Shown here: one piece after another, positions 26,296-36,701 of the stretch
Position numbering within the stretch: position 1 is the stretch's first letter
Layout: the number at the start of each line of letters is the position of its first letter
Source of the DNA: Gammaproteobacteria bacterium
Lineage (GTDB): Bacteria > Pseudomonadota > Gammaproteobacteria > Pseudomonadales > Azotimanducaceae
Assembly: GCA_002725285.1 (NCBI GenBank)
Contig: PBRC01000030.1
Span: 22,117 to 81,199 of the forward strand
Reading direction: 5' to 3'
Length of the DNA stretch: 59,083 bases
Translations under genes and position numbers: made by a program
Notes under the pieces: generated by a model
What the model saw: the letters and a program-made list of their open reading frames with translations, nothing else
What the model was told of the DNA's origin: nothing
Database searches by the model: none

Positions 26296-27966
26296 TTACA
26301 TCCGCCAAACGCCGAAACCCTTGGCGCCTTCAATTTTGTTGTTGTGACAGACTGACAGAGCAATAGCGATATGCTCCCGAGTATCTCGAGGATCGATCAG
26401 GCCATCATCGGAAATTGCGGCAGTAGACAGCAGTGCCAGCGAGCCCTCTTCTGCAGAAGCTTCAACGGCCGCGACGCGTTTCGCATCAGCTTCTTCATCG
26501 AAGACCAGGCCACGCCGTTCTGCAGCTTCTCGTCCGACGATTGTCATGACGCCAGCCATCTGCTTTGGTCCCATTACAGCGATCTTGGCAGTGGGCCAGA
26601 TAAAGGTGAAACGGGTGCCGTATGCTCGACCACTCATTCCGTAGTTACCTGCGCCATACGATGCTGCCGGAATAACAGAAATATGCGGTACGGTTGAATT
26701 TGCCACCGCGTTGATCATTTTCGAACCGTTCTTGGTGATGCCACCCTGCTCGAAGTCTGTACCCACGATGTAGCCTGTAATGTTGTGCAGGAACAGGAGA
26801 GGAATATCTATCTGATTGCAGAGCTGGATGAACTGGGTCGCTTTCTCAGAAGATTCGGACATCAGTGGGCCGTTGTTGCCCAGAATTCCGACGGGATAGC
26901 CGTCAATGGATGCCCAGCCGCATACTATTGTCGGGCCGTAAAGAGGTTTGAAATCCTCGAATCTGGATCCGTCGACGATGCGTGCAATTACTTCCCTCAT
27001 ATCGAAAGGTGCTTTGAGGTCACGGGAGACGATACCCAGTAATTCGTCAGGGTCGTGAATCGGTGGATCAGACGGGAGGGTTGGACCAGGACCGAGCTTC
27101 CGCCAGTTGAGGTGCGCAACCACCTCGCGACACATTCGAATGCCATCATGTTCATCCTCAGCCAGATAGTCTCCCAGCCCTGAGATTTGTGTGTGCATTT
27201 CGGCACCACCCAGATCCTCTGGATCAGCGTCTTCTCCGGTCGCCATCTTCACAAGGGGCGGGCTCCCGAGGAATACCTTGGATTGTTTCTTGATAAAGAT
27301 GTTGTAGTCACTCATCCCCGGTTGATAGGCACCGCCTGCTGCAGATGCACCGAATACAACCGAGATGGTTGGGATACGCATCTGGGAAAGCTCGGTGATT
27401 TCGTAGAACAATCGACCGGATTCACCAAAGTGGGATATACCGGCACGGGTCTTGATCTTGGGAGGTGGTCCCGCTTCTTTTTGACCACCACCACCACCAC
27501 CACCACCGCCAGCGTTGCCTCGAAGGTCAGCACCGGCCGATTCCACGAACTGGACGTAAGGGAGCCGGTTTACCCGGGCAATCTCCAAACCACGCATAAG
27601 CTTCTTGCTGTTCCAGGCATTAAAGGCACCAGCTCGCACTGAGGGATCGTGACCGAGGATGACACATTCGGTGTCGGCAATAATGCCGATGCCAACGATA
27701 AAACCGGAACCGATCTTGACGTTCGAGTTGTAAGCTGCGAGTGGGCTGACCTCAAAGAAAGGTGAATCCCGGTCCAATACCAGCGAAATCCGTTTTCGAA
27801 GTGGTAGCTTATTGCGTGAGCGCAGTCGCTCCATCGCCTCCTCGCCACCGCCCTGGGCAGCCTCGGTGTGCAAACCCTCAATGTATTCAAGTTCATCGAG
27901 CATTTCCTCTCGATTTTTCTGATACTCCTCTGAGCGAGTATCCAGCTTGGATTTAATTATCTGCAT
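26296..27966 (-). CDS. acyl-CoA carboxylase carboxyltransferase (beta) subunit, MCC/GCC-like, with a poly-Gly insertion
   Basis: The sequence has a carboxyl_trans pattern (KLPLRKRISLVLD, GIIADTECVILGHDPSVRAGAF, VVFGASAAGGAY, PLLFLHNITGY). An insertion NAGGGGGGGGGQKEAGPPPKIK follows ESAGADL. Confidence 0.85.
   Translation of the reverse strand: MQIIKSKLDTRSEEYQKNREEMLDELEYIEGLHTEAAQGGGEEAMERLRSRNKLPLRKRISLVLDRDSPFFEVSPLAAYNSNVKIGSGFIVGIGIIADTECVILGHDPSVRAGAFNAWNSKKLMRGLEIARVNRLPYVQFVESAGADLRGNAGGGGGGGGGQKEAGPPPKIKTRAGISHFGESGRLFYEITELSQMRIPTISVVFGASAAGGAYQPGMSDYNIFIKKQSKVFLGSPPLVKMATGEDADPEDLGGAEMHTQISGLGDYLAEDEHDGIRMCREVVAHLNWRKLGPGPTLPSDPPIHDPDELLGIVSRDLKAPFDMREVIARIVDGSRFEDFKPLYGPTIVCGWASIDGYPVGILGNNGPLMSESSEKATQFIQLCNQIDIPLLFLHNITGYIVGTDFEQGGITKNGSKMINAVANSTVPHISVIPAASYGAGNYGMSGRAYGTRFTFIWPTAKIAVMGPKQMAGVMTIVGREAAERRGLVFDEEADAKRVAAVEASAEEGSLALLSTAAISDDGLIDPRDTREHIAIALSVCHNNKIEGAKGFGVWRM
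27484..27507. repeat. perfect trinucleotide microsatellite (ACC)8 = (GGT)8 on the coding strand
   Basis: Read directly. Together with the adjacent GGC codon it encodes the 9-Gly run inside the carboxyltransferase gene. Confidence 0.95.
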
Positions 27967-28427
27967 GTGTCTCTCATTCCCATCTGCTTAACCAGGTGAT
28001 CCGCTTCTGAGCCCATGTTCGGGTACTTATTAAACGGCGCACCAATGCTATCGTTGTCTCGCCTTCTAGACAACATTTGAAATATCTCAATGTTTGATCC
28101 AGGTCGTGGTATTAATCAAATCTATTAAAATAATGGGTCAGTCCCTTATTCATATCTAAAATAGCAGATCCTGATCCGGGCACTGTATAAGGGCCTCAAT
28201 AAGGCAGAACGTAAAGGCAGAAGCCGTTAGGATCCAATAGAAGATGCCAAGGGATGAGGAAACTCAATTTTGAGTCAACACATGACATAGCGCATGCCTT
28301 TACTGAATATTCCCGCCCAGCTAGCTGACAGAGAGTGGAAAAAAGGCTACCCTGCCGGCCCACCATATTCATTAGGTGCTGGCCGAGGTGCCGGTACTCG
28401 TGCTTGCCAGGCAGAGGTAGATAAGAG

Positions 28428-30656
28428 ATGTCGAGATCCAGGATTATTTGGACAAAAATTGACGAAGCACCCGCACTAGCGACCTATGCTTTGCTTCCAA
28501 TTGTTCAGAAGTTTGCAGTCGGGAGTGACCTTGACATTGAGCTGAGTGACATTTCGCTCGCAGGAAGGATTATTGCAAATTTTCCTGAAAATCTATCCGA
28601 AGATCAGAGAATTTCGGATTGCCTGGCCCAACTCGGTGAGCTGACACAGTCACCAGATGCCAACATTATCAAACTGCCGAATATCAGTGCATCAATCCCG
28701 CAGCTTCAGGAAGCGATCGCTGAGCTTCAGCAAAAAGGATATGACATACCTGATTATCCTGAAGAGCCAAAAACCGATGAAGAAAAAGGGCTTCAGGGGA
28801 GATTCGCCAGGTGTCTTGGTTCGGCTGTTAACCCGGTGCTTCGTGAAGGAAACTCTGATCGCAGAGCCGCGATCTCAGTCAAGGAGTTTGCCCAGAAAAA
28901 TCCGCATAAAATGATGTTGCCCTGGCCTGCATCAGGCTCAAAAGCACAGGTTGTTCACATGGATGGTAACGACTTCTTCGGAAGCGAGACATCCACAACG
29001 GTTGAAAATGCTGTTGAGGTAAGAATTGAATTCGTCGCTGATGATGGCACGGTAACACCGTTGAAAGAGGGCCTTGGACTTTTGGAAGGTGAGGTTGTCG
29101 ACTCATCATCAATGAATGTGAAAGCGTTGCGCGAATTCTTTGCGGAACAGATAGAAGAAGCGAAGAAGAACGATGTACTGTTGTCTCTCCATCTTAAGGC
29201 CACCATGATGAAGGTCTCTGACCCAATCATGTTCGGTCACTGCGTCTCGGTTTACTATAAGGATGCTCTCGACAAGCATGCTGATGTCTTGAGTGAAATA
29301 GGAGCAAATGTTAATAACGGACTGGCTGACGTCCTTGAAAAACTGGACAGGTTACCTGCTGAGAAAAAGGCTGAGATTGAAGCAGACATCGCGGCGGTCT
29401 ACGACAGTCATCCGGCGCTGGCAATGGTGGACTCCCGGAAGGGAATCACAAACCTGCATGTACCCAATAACATAATCGTTGATGCCTCGATGCCCAATGT
29501 CATTCGTGATGGTGGCAGGATGTGGAACAATGACGATGAGCTTCAGGACTGTATTGCCGTGGTGCCGGACCGCTGTTACGCAACCACTTACGACGTAATT
29601 CTCGAAGATGCCAAGAAGAATGGACAATTTGATCCGGCAACCATGGGAAGCGTCTCCAATGTAGGTCTTATGGCCCAGAAGGCCGAAGAGTACGGATCTC
29701 ACGACAAGACATTTGAAGCCCCAGCCGATGGTTCGATTCGGGTCGTCGATTCAACCGGCACGGTCCTTCTCGAACAGGCGGTTGAGACCGGGGATATCTT
29801 CAGAATGAGCCAGACCAAAGATGCGCCCATCCGGGATTGGGTGAAGCTGGCCGTGGCCCGCGCGAGGGCATCCGGATCCCCAGCGATCTTCTGGCTTGAT
29901 GATCGTCGGGGACATGATATTGAAATCATCAAGAAAGTGAATTCCTACCTGCCAGAGTTCGACATGGCAGATCTCGATATCCGCATCATGAGACCGGAGG
30001 ATGCGATGACATTGTCTCTCGAAAGAATCAGGAAGGGTGAAGATACGATTGCTGTCACGGGTAATGTCCTTCGTGACTACCTGACGGACCTGTTTCCAAT
30101 TCTTGAACTGGGCACCAGTGCTCGAATGCTCTCAATCGTGCCACTCATGGAGGGAGGCGGGCTGTTTGAAACCGGGGCTGGTGGATCAGCGCCAAAGCAT
30201 GTTCAGCAGTTTATCAAAGAAGGTCATTTAAGATGGGATTCACTCGGCGAGTACTGTGCGCTTGTTCCTTCTCTCGAGCAGGCTGCAGAAAGTACTGGAA
30301 ATGCGCGGATCGCGCTTCTGGCCCGAAGCCTCGATCAGGCAATTGCCAGATATCTTGAATATGGCAGGCTGCCGTCCCGAAAGGTAAATGAAATAGACAA
30401 TAGGGGAAGTTCGTTCTATCTCACCCTCTACTGGGCTCAGACGCTGGCCGAACAGGATGAAGACGAGGAGATGCGGACACGGTTTGGTCAGCTAGCCAGA
30501 AAACTTGAAGAGAGTGAGTCGAAAATCGTGGAAGAACTGATCGCCGTTCAGGGAGACCCTGTCGATATAGGTGGCTACTATCTGCCGGATAGTGACAAGG
30601 TTGAAAGTCAGATGAGACCGAGTAAAACCTTCAACACCATCATCGAGTCCATGTAG
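28428..30656 (+). CDS. icd: NADP-dependent isocitrate dehydrogenase, monomeric type
   Basis: 742 aa. The N-terminus [26 protein letters not shown] and the overall length are typical of the monomeric IDH family. Confidence 0.9.
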   Translation: MSRSRIIWTKIDEAPALATYALLPIVQKFAVGSDLDIELSDISLAGRIIANFPENLSEDQRISDCLAQLGELTQSPDANIIKLPNISASIPQLQEAIAELQQKGYDIPDYPEEPKTDEEKGLQGRFARCLGSAVNPVLREGNSDRRAAISVKEFAQKNPHKMMLPWPASGSKAQVVHMDGNDFFGSETSTTVENAVEVRIEFVADDGTVTPLKEGLGLLEGEVVDSSSMNVKALREFFAEQIEEAKKNDVLLSLHLKATMMKVSDPIMFGHCVSVYYKDALDKHADVLSEIGANVNNGLADVLEKLDRLPAEKKAEIEADIAAVYDSHPALAMVDSRKGITNLHVPNNIIVDASMPNVIRDGGRMWNNDDELQDCIAVVPDRCYATTYDVILEDAKKNGQFDPATMGSVSNVGLMAQKAEEYGSHDKTFEAPADGSIRVVDSTGTVLLEQAVETGDIFRMSQTKDAPIRDWVKLAVARARASGSPAIFWLDDRRGHDIEIIKKVNSYLPEFDMADLDIRIMRPEDAMTLSLERIRKGEDTIAVTGNVLRDYLTDLFPILELGTSARMLSIVPLMEGGGLFETGAGGSAPKHVQQFIKEGHLRWDSLGEYCALVPSLEQAAESTGNARIALLARSLDQAIARYLEYGRLPSRKVNEIDNRGSSFYLTLYWAQTLAEQDEDEEMRTRFGQLARKLEESESKIVEELIAVQGDPVDIGGYYLPDSDKVESQMRPSKTFNTIIESM

Positions 30657-30717
30657 AGGCGGGGATTTGCTAGGGAAATCCTCACTTAAACATCGCCATG
30701 ATCAGTCAGGGAGAGAT

Positions 30718-31257
30718 ATGATGAAAGTGAGACGAGTTGTAACAGGGCATACCAGCGATGGTAAGGCAACGGTAGTGAGTGATTCGCTGGTAGATGGTAC
30801 AAGGCTCAACATGCTGCCAGGTCCGGAGTATCACTATCTCTGGAGTGCGGATCAGGCGCCGACATTCCCGGATGATGGCCTGGAGAATCCAGCCAGATTG
30901 TGGTTTCCACCCGTTGGTGGTTTTCGATTTGCGATGTTTTCCGTCGCGCCGCAGACAACAGCATTACCGGAGGATTTTGATCGTGAAACGGCGGTTGCTG
31001 AACTCGAAGAAACCTTACCCGGAATGGTCTCCCAGGCAAATATGGAGTCAGAAAATCCCGGCATGCATACCACTGACAGCATCGATTTTGAGTACGTAAT
31101 TTCAGGAGAAGTCTGGCTTGAGCTGGATGATGGAGAGGAAGTGCATCTCAAGCCAGGGGATACCGTCGTACAAAATGGTACAAGGCATGCCTGGCGGAAC
31201 AAGGGAACCGAACCATGCCGGATGGTTGTCATTCTTCTTGGTGCGCATCGAACCTGA
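30718..31257 (+). CDS. cupin domain protein
   Basis: The C-terminal segment EYVISGEVWLELDDGEEVHLKPGDTVVQNGTRHAWRNKGTEPCRMVVILLG shows cupin beta-barrel motifs. GGGAGAG lies ahead of ATG 30718. Confidence 0.7.
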   Translation: MMKVRRVVTGHTSDGKATVVSDSLVDGTRLNMLPGPEYHYLWSADQAPTFPDDGLENPARLWFPPVGGFRFAMFSVAPQTTALPEDFDRETAVAELEETLPGMVSQANMESENPGMHTTDSIDFEYVISGEVWLELDDGEEVHLKPGDTVVQNGTRHAWRNKGTEPCRMVVILLGAHRT

Positions 31258-31434
31258 CTGGCGATTGCTATCTTGGAAAGAGGAAGGCAGTTTCCGAACA
31301 GAGTGGCAATACTGGGTTTGCCCAAACGTTCAATCATGTTAAGTACCTGAAGGCGCTGGGATGATTACTTTGCTTTTAGTCATTCATTGATGGTGCCGAC
31401 TGATGATGCATAGAACAAGCCGCTAACCGAAGAG

Positions 31435-32175
31435 TCAACTCGGTTTTCTTAAGAGGTCAATCCGGTTTGGGATTTCAAATACAAAACCCTCGTCTGACTC
31501 ATTGCTTAAGAATAATTTTTTGATTGAGTTCATTGTTTCATCGTTTATCTGGTGGTTGGTATGAGTCACGCCGAGAATACCAGTTTCATATTGCTCGAAA
31601 GAACGAAGTCTCAGTTTGTTTTTGAAAAAGAACTCTTCCGCGAGTTTAAAAACACCTGAATCCACGATTTTCTTCACGGCTTCAAATGCCTGCTTTCTGA
31701 CAATCTCTTCATCGTGAAACAATCGCATAATCTCATTGTAGGCTCCCGCGAAAACCGGTTCCGAGATATAGCTGTATCCGCCAGGCTTGAGGACCCGGTA
31801 AATCTCTTTCAAGGCTGCATCAAGATCATTTGCAGGTACGTGATGGAGTGACTTGAACATCATTACAATGTCATAACTGTTGTTTTCCGCCTGGATGTCT
31901 TCCGCCCCAAAAGACTGAAAGCGGACTTTGGGTAGGTCAGTTATCTCAAGGTTCTTCTGGTGCTGAGTTTTGTCTATTTCAACTGCGGTGATGCTTGCCA
32001 CATCGGTTCGTTCGGCGATTGCTCTGGTTTTTTCAGCGCCGCCACAGCCTAGTTCAAGAACACTCGCGTCCGCCAGAGGCAGCATACGGTTAATCACTGC
32101 CAGTTCACTAAGAATCTCCTGATTGTCCGGACCAACCAGGCACATGTTTCGATTTATCCTGCCTCGTGACGGCAT
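31435..32175 (-). CDS. class I SAM-dependent methyltransferase
   Basis: VLELGCGGAEKT is motif I, and YDIVMMFKSLHHV and LKPGGYSY are present. The start is set at ATG 32175, which has GAGG 6 nt upstream. The longer ORF reaches 32289. Confidence 0.8.
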   Translation of the reverse strand: MPSRGRINRNMCLVGPDNQEILSELAVINRMLPLADASVLELGCGGAEKTRAIAERTDVASITAVEIDKTQHQKNLEITDLPKVRFQSFGAEDIQAENNSYDIVMMFKSLHHVPANDLDAALKEIYRVLKPGGYSYISEPVFAGAYNEIMRLFHDEEIVRKQAFEAVKKIVDSGVFKLAEEFFFKNKLRLRSFEQYETGILGVTHTNHQINDETMNSIKKLFLSNESDEGFVFEIPNRIDLLRKPS

Positions 32176-32355
32176 ATGCCAACCTCGCGTACTTTGAATC
32201 TGAGAACAGATTCTGAAGATTAGCATATCCTGATCCCCTGGCTGACCCGCGTTCTGTTTCTGTAAGGGCGCATATTGGGGTTGCCTCAAAATGTTTGAAA
32301 TCTTATTTAAAGCAAGCCAAGATCAATTGACCCGTCAGAATAAGAGGAATTAGTA

Positions 32356-33251
32356 ATGGCAAGCGACGAGATGAAAGCCGTGATTGAGATGATGCGGAGT
32401 CAGGAGGGTATTGCAGCAGAAGGTATCAGCCTGCAGGAACGGCGTGATGGCATGGAAGAGATGCAAGCCGCCATACCGGTGCCTGAGGACATTGTGACTA
32501 AAGAAGTTGATATTGATGGGGACCAGGTTTGTGGGTAGAGGCGCCGGGTGCTCGAGACAGTGCCTATGTTATCTATTACCACGGTGGCGGGTATGTGATG
32601 GGGTCACTTTCAACTCACAAGGAACTGATGGGTCGCATATCCCGCTCATGCGAGGCCAGGGTGCTCGGGGTAGATTATCGACTGGCGCCCGAACATGTAT
32701 ACCCTGCCGCGGTGGAAGATGGCGTTAAAAGTTATGAATGGTTACTCGCCCAGGATGCGGATCCAGCGAGTGTGATGCTGGCGGGGGATTCAGCAGGTGG
32801 CGGCCTGACACTTGCGACCTTGCTTGCATTGAAAGAAAAGGGTGGCCATATGCCTGCCGGTGGTATTTTACTGTCACCGTGGACGGATCTGACTGCGTCC
32901 GGTGAAAGTGCCACGTCCCGGGCTGAGGCGGATCCGATGATTACCATGTCGGCTTTGCTTGAAATTGCAAAAACTTATTATGCAGATTCAAATCCGAAGG
33001 ATCCGTTGATTTCGCCTGTGTTTGCAGACTTAAGTGGATTACCGCCCTTACTTATACAGGTCGGTGATGCAGAGGTACTGCTCGATGATGCATCCCGGCT
33101 CGCGGACAATGCCATGGCGGCAGGGGTATCAGTTCAGTACCAGGTATGGGAAGAGGCGTTTCATGTGTTTCAGGCCATGCCGCAGCTACCGGAATCTGCC
33201 GATGCATTGGAGAAGATTGCCAGGTTTTATAGAGACGTGATTAGCCTGTAA
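32356..33251 (+). pseudogene. alpha/beta-hydrolase (HSL-family esterase/lipase) with a -1 nt frameshift
   Basis: The N-terminal 60 aa (32356..32538, frame 1) end in VDIDGDQVCG*. The rest continues in frame 0 from 32529 as WVEAPGA..VIYYHGGGYVMGS..GDSAGG. Together they reconstruct a normal esterase, so the shift must lie within 32517..32535, which contains GGGG and TTT runs. Confidence 0.7.
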
Positions 33252-33307
33252 CTTTGAGGGTAGCGGAATCAGATCGCATCAGGGGCTACCATATGATGGG
33301 GAGAGAA

Positions 33308-33928
33308 ATGTCTGAGATAAGACCGGTAGGTGAATTTGGTTCGAAAGAATGGTGTGTGGCGTGTGCCGGGGAAGGCGTCAAAATACTTAAGGATGCGGAT
33401 CTTCCCTCGGGGCTCGAGTGGGGATTTAGCGAAATTTACACTCATGCACCAGAAAGGTTGTTAGCAGGCGATCGAGAGATATCAGCCTACTACTTTATGG
33501 TCAAGGATGGTGAAGTAACCGGGGGTGATGGTGCCCCGGATGAGTGTCGTGCCCTACCCGGTTTCCATGTCAAGATTCAGTGGGCAGCTATTTGCAATCA
33601 GTCACAATCTAAATATGGTCGCAAAGGTCAGAAACAACGATCCGAAGAAGAGAGGAGCCTGTTCCAGGAGATAGCCGAATTTCTCGGCAGATCTAATCCA
33701 CTGGGGCTTGGTGGTGGTCCAAAGGCTATATGGCCAAAGGAGATTGGTGAAGCACTGGGTAAAGGATCTGAGGAAGGTGGTGGACTGCACAATATTGCGG
33801 CGAGTTTGCAGATACCTTCACCTGAGTTCGCTGACCTACCGACAACTCAACTGGGTGTGCCGGTTTTCTCACAGATGACGGATGATCGGAAGAAAAGTTT
33901 TCTGAGGTTGTGCGGTATACAGATCTAG
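33308..33928 (+). CDS. hypothetical protein
   Basis: It is an ORF with reasonable composition, and GGGGAGAG precedes ATG 33308. I recognised no family. A CVAC motif lies near the N-terminus. Confidence 0.45.
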   Translation: MSEIRPVGEFGSKEWCVACAGEGVKILKDADLPSGLEWGFSEIYTHAPERLLAGDREISAYYFMVKDGEVTGGDGAPDECRALPGFHVKIQWAAICNQSQSKYGRKGQKQRSEEERSLFQEIAEFLGRSNPLGLGGGPKAIWPKEIGEALGKGSEEGGGLHNIAASLQIPSPEFADLPTTQLGVPVFSQMTDDRKKSFLRLCGIQI

Positions 33929-34258
33929 GTAAAGGTATTGTTCCGGCAGATTTTTTTTGGTTATTTTGCTTGAATTGTTCCCATGAAATTTTCAGGAATT
34001 GATCAGATGTTTGCGGGTAACGGGAAAAGGGTAGCAAATGGTGGACTCGGTGCAATCTGTCAGATTGAGCGTGCTGGTGTGCATCTGTTGGAGGACATCC
34101 TTTCTTTTAAGAAAAGAGAAACCTGGGATCGGAACGGCCTAAGACTACGTTTGTAAGTGCCATTCTGATCTGAATAGCAAAAACAGTTACGCGACCCCAG
34201 CAATACTGGCAATTTTCAATCCTGTTCGCCTGGAAATCACGGGTGCAGCGATGATGGC

Positions 34259-35380
34259 CTAGATTTTTTCCAGCACGATACTGCCGATGCTGTAACCAGC
34301 GCCAAAAGAACAAAGAACGCCAAGGTCAGCGGTTACCAGATCCGCCCGGTGTTTGTGGAATGCGATCACGGAACCTGCCGAACTGGTGTTGGCATATTCG
34401 TCGAGAATGGTAGGTGCTTCTTCCGGCGTGGCTGCTCTGCCCAGCACTCGACGGCTGATGAGCAGATTCATGCTTAGGTTCGCCTGGTGCAGCCACATGC
34501 GCCTGAGCGATTCTGCTTCAAGACCCAGATCCGCCAGATGATTGCTGATGTGAGTTGCGACCATTGGGCAAACTTCCTTAAAAACTTTTCGGCCGTTCTG
34601 TTTGAACAGTTTGTCAGGTTGACCGATACCGCTCTGGTCGCCTCGATTCAGGAATCCAAAGTTGTTTCGGATGTTATTCGAATATGAGGTTTGAAGGCGA
34701 CTGCCAAGGATTTTGTACTGGTCGTTTCCTGTTGCCTGATCAGCCCTTTCCACAATGACAGCGGTACAAACGTCACCAAATATGAAATGAGCATCCCGGT
34801 CGCGAAAATTGAGATGACCGGAGCATATTTCTGGATTGACAACCAGGATGCAGTTGGCGCTCCCGTTAGCGATGCTGTCTCGTGCCTGTTGGATACCGAA
34901 TGTGGCAGACGAGCAGGCAACATTCATATCGAAGCCAAAACCATCAATCCCAAGTGCCTGCTGGACCTCGATAGCAACGGCGGGATAGGCACGCTGCAGG
35001 TTCGAGCATGCAACGATAACTGCATCGATATCGGCAGCGTCCTTGACGGCCATGGCCATGGCCTGGCGCGCTGCATCAACACTGATATCACACTGGATCG
35101 AAGGGTCTTCGTTGGAACGTTCATTAATATTTGGGCACATTCGCGTTGGATCGAGTATTCCCTCTTTGTCCATTACGTATCTGCTTTTAATACCAGATGC
35201 GTTCTCGATAAATTCAGAGGAAGAGTGTTCGAGGGCTTCCATCTCGCCTGATTCGATGGCACTTCGATGTTCAGCATTGTGCAGGTCTACAAAACTATTG
35301 AATGCCTGCACCAACTCTTCATTGTCAATCGATTGTGCTGGTGTAAAAAGTCCAGTTCCACTGATGACGATATCAGTCAT
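34259..35380 (-). CDS. beta-ketoacyl-ACP synthase III family (FabH-like condensing enzyme)
   Basis: The Cys-His-Asn triad contexts are ACSSATFGIQQA, WLHQANLSMN and YANTSSAGSVIA. The C-terminus is FGAGYSIGS. Confidence 0.85.
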   Translation of the reverse strand: MTDIVISGTGLFTPAQSIDNEELVQAFNSFVDLHNAEHRSAIESGEMEALEHSSSEFIENASGIKSRYVMDKEGILDPTRMCPNINERSNEDPSIQCDISVDAARQAMAMAVKDAADIDAVIVACSNLQRAYPAVAIEVQQALGIDGFGFDMNVACSSATFGIQQARDSIANGSANCILVVNPEICSGHLNFRDRDAHFIFGDVCTAVIVERADQATGNDQYKILGSRLQTSYSNNIRNNFGFLNRGDQSGIGQPDKLFKQNGRKVFKEVCPMVATHISNHLADLGLEAESLRRMWLHQANLSMNLLISRRVLGRAATPEEAPTILDEYANTSSAGSVIAFHKHRADLVTADLGVLCSFGAGYSIGSIVLEKI

Positions 35381-35491
35381 GCCCGCTTGGTCCCATTCAG
35401 GTAATTAAGTGCCTGAGTATACTGCTTAAACAGAAAAAGGCAGAGTAAAGGAATCTCAAGAACCTGTTCGTTACTGAAATTTGTCGAATAT

Positions 35492-36610
35492 TCAGCTGTC
35501 ATAAGCGGCCGAAATCATAGCCTGCACATTTTCAAGCTTTGCATTCTCAGGAATATCGCATCCGGATTGAAGAATAAAACCCTCCCTGCCAACTTGCCGG
35601 ATGAGGCGTGAGCAGTATTCATAGACATCGTCCGGAGTGCTGTTAAACAGCATCACTGATGGCACGTCACCCATCAGGCAGATGTGATCGTTAAGGATTT
35701 CCCTGGCTCTGAAGATATCGGTCTTGCCATCCAGAGCCATGATCACTTTACCCTTTGGCAGTTCTCTGAAACGTGCCAGTTCCCTGTCCCAGCAGGAATC
35801 AAGGTGCAGAATGGGGATCAGGCCCTGTTCGATAACCTCTTCGATAAGGGCGCGAAGGTACTGCCAGACAAATCTTTCCCACATATCCGGTGAAAGCATT
35901 TCTGGTGCGGAACGCCAACCGCCAACCCATACACAGGGAAATCCCTGTCTTTTTACGGATTTGCAGGTTGATTCATAAAGATACGGCATCATATGAGCCA
36001 TTACCTCATCCAGTTTCTCCGGGCAGGTCATCAGGTCCAGGAAAAAGTTCTCAAGGGACCTCGCCCCACAAAGGTATTCAAACGGAGGTGCCACATCCCC
36101 ACCAGAAAGGACGGGAATGCCAATTTTCTGCCAGGATCCAATAACGTCTGGCTTGTGCTGATTTCTGGGCCAGTACTGAGTGGGTACATCATTCAGCACC
36201 CTGGTGTCCTGAAATTCACGATAGAATGTTGGCCAGCCTTTATCCAAAATGGTGTCGTAGTCATCCGCCGTCATCAGTTCGGTTTCATCCACCTGGTACG
36301 AAACGTTTTCCGGCAGATCGACTCCCGGCACTTTGATTTTTGAAAGCCAGATGTTGGACAGCATATAGGGCGAGAAATTGCCGTAGTTGATTGCGTCGGC
36401 TGGGGTATTCTCCGAGACAATCTGAAAGGCCTCGATCATCACAGCCACCGCACGGTCCATGCTAAGTAAAAACTCAGACTGGGGTGTATCGGTCAGACGT
36501 GCTGCAAAGGCGCAGTATTCCAACACCACTGGAACCCTGTCAGGGGTTTCAAGAGCTACAGCCTGCGTAATGCGTCTCATCCGTTCTGTCGTTGTCTCTT
36601 TCTTTGTCAA
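35492..36610 (-). CDS. uroporphyrinogen decarboxylase (URO-D) family protein, MtaA/methyltransferase-like
   Basis: The sequence shows ETPDRVPVV near the N-terminus, ILHLDSCWDREL and a C-terminal ILQSGCDIPENAKLENVQAMISAA. The TTG start at 36610 is uncertain, and an alternative ATG lies at 36580. Confidence 0.7.
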   Translation of the reverse strand: MTKKETTTERMRRITQAVALETPDRVPVVLEYCAFAARLTDTPQSEFLLSMDRAVAVMIEAFQIVSENTPADAINYGNFSPYMLSNIWLSKIKVPGVDLPENVSYQVDETELMTADDYDTILDKGWPTFYREFQDTRVLNDVPTQYWPRNQHKPDVIGSWQKIGIPVLSGGDVAPPFEYLCGARSLENFFLDLMTCPEKLDEVMAHMMPYLYESTCKSVKRQGFPCVWVGGWRSAPEMLSPDMWERFVWQYLRALIEEVIEQGLIPILHLDSCWDRELARFRELPKGKVIMALDGKTDIFRAREILNDHICLMGDVPSVMLFNSTPDDVYEYCSRLIRQVGREGFILQSGCDIPENAKLENVQAMISAAYDS

Positions 36611-36701
36611 TTCGGGAGACCGGAAGCTACTGATTTGACCATCCTATCAGGAACCGGACCCTATTTATTCTCTGGAATGTCGCGGTGATAGCCCAATAAA
36701 C

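Noticed and set aside
27484-27507. The (ACC)8 run, the 12-bp x4 repeat (1859..1906) and the 13-bp x3 repeat (13050..13088) could be CRISPR-like or other interspaced arrays.
   Set aside because: The units are directly tandem with no spacers, far shorter than CRISPR repeats, and no cas genes are present.
28294-28479. A 61-aa ORF overlaps the icd start region.
   Set aside because: It is Gly/Arg/Ala-rich and out of frame with icd, and it overlaps the well-supported icd start at 28428. It is likely a non-coding leader.
30852-31337. Long antisense ORFs overlap well-supported genes (for example 30852..31337, 25118..25675, 34691..35251, 45481..45984, 46972..47469, 49226..49738, 4565..4954, 24161..24580, 12003..12428).
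   Set aside because: Each lies opposite a gene with strong family motifs. They have Arg/Ser/Pro-rich, low-complexity translations, no RBS and no recognisable domains. These are typical shadow ORFs.
32510-32540. The shift in the esterase gene could be a programmed ribosomal frameshift.
   Set aside because: There is no X-XXY-YYZ slippery heptamer or downstream structure, the shift needed is a simple 1-nt indel next to homopolymer runs, and esterases are not known recoding targets. A mutation or sequencing error is more likely.
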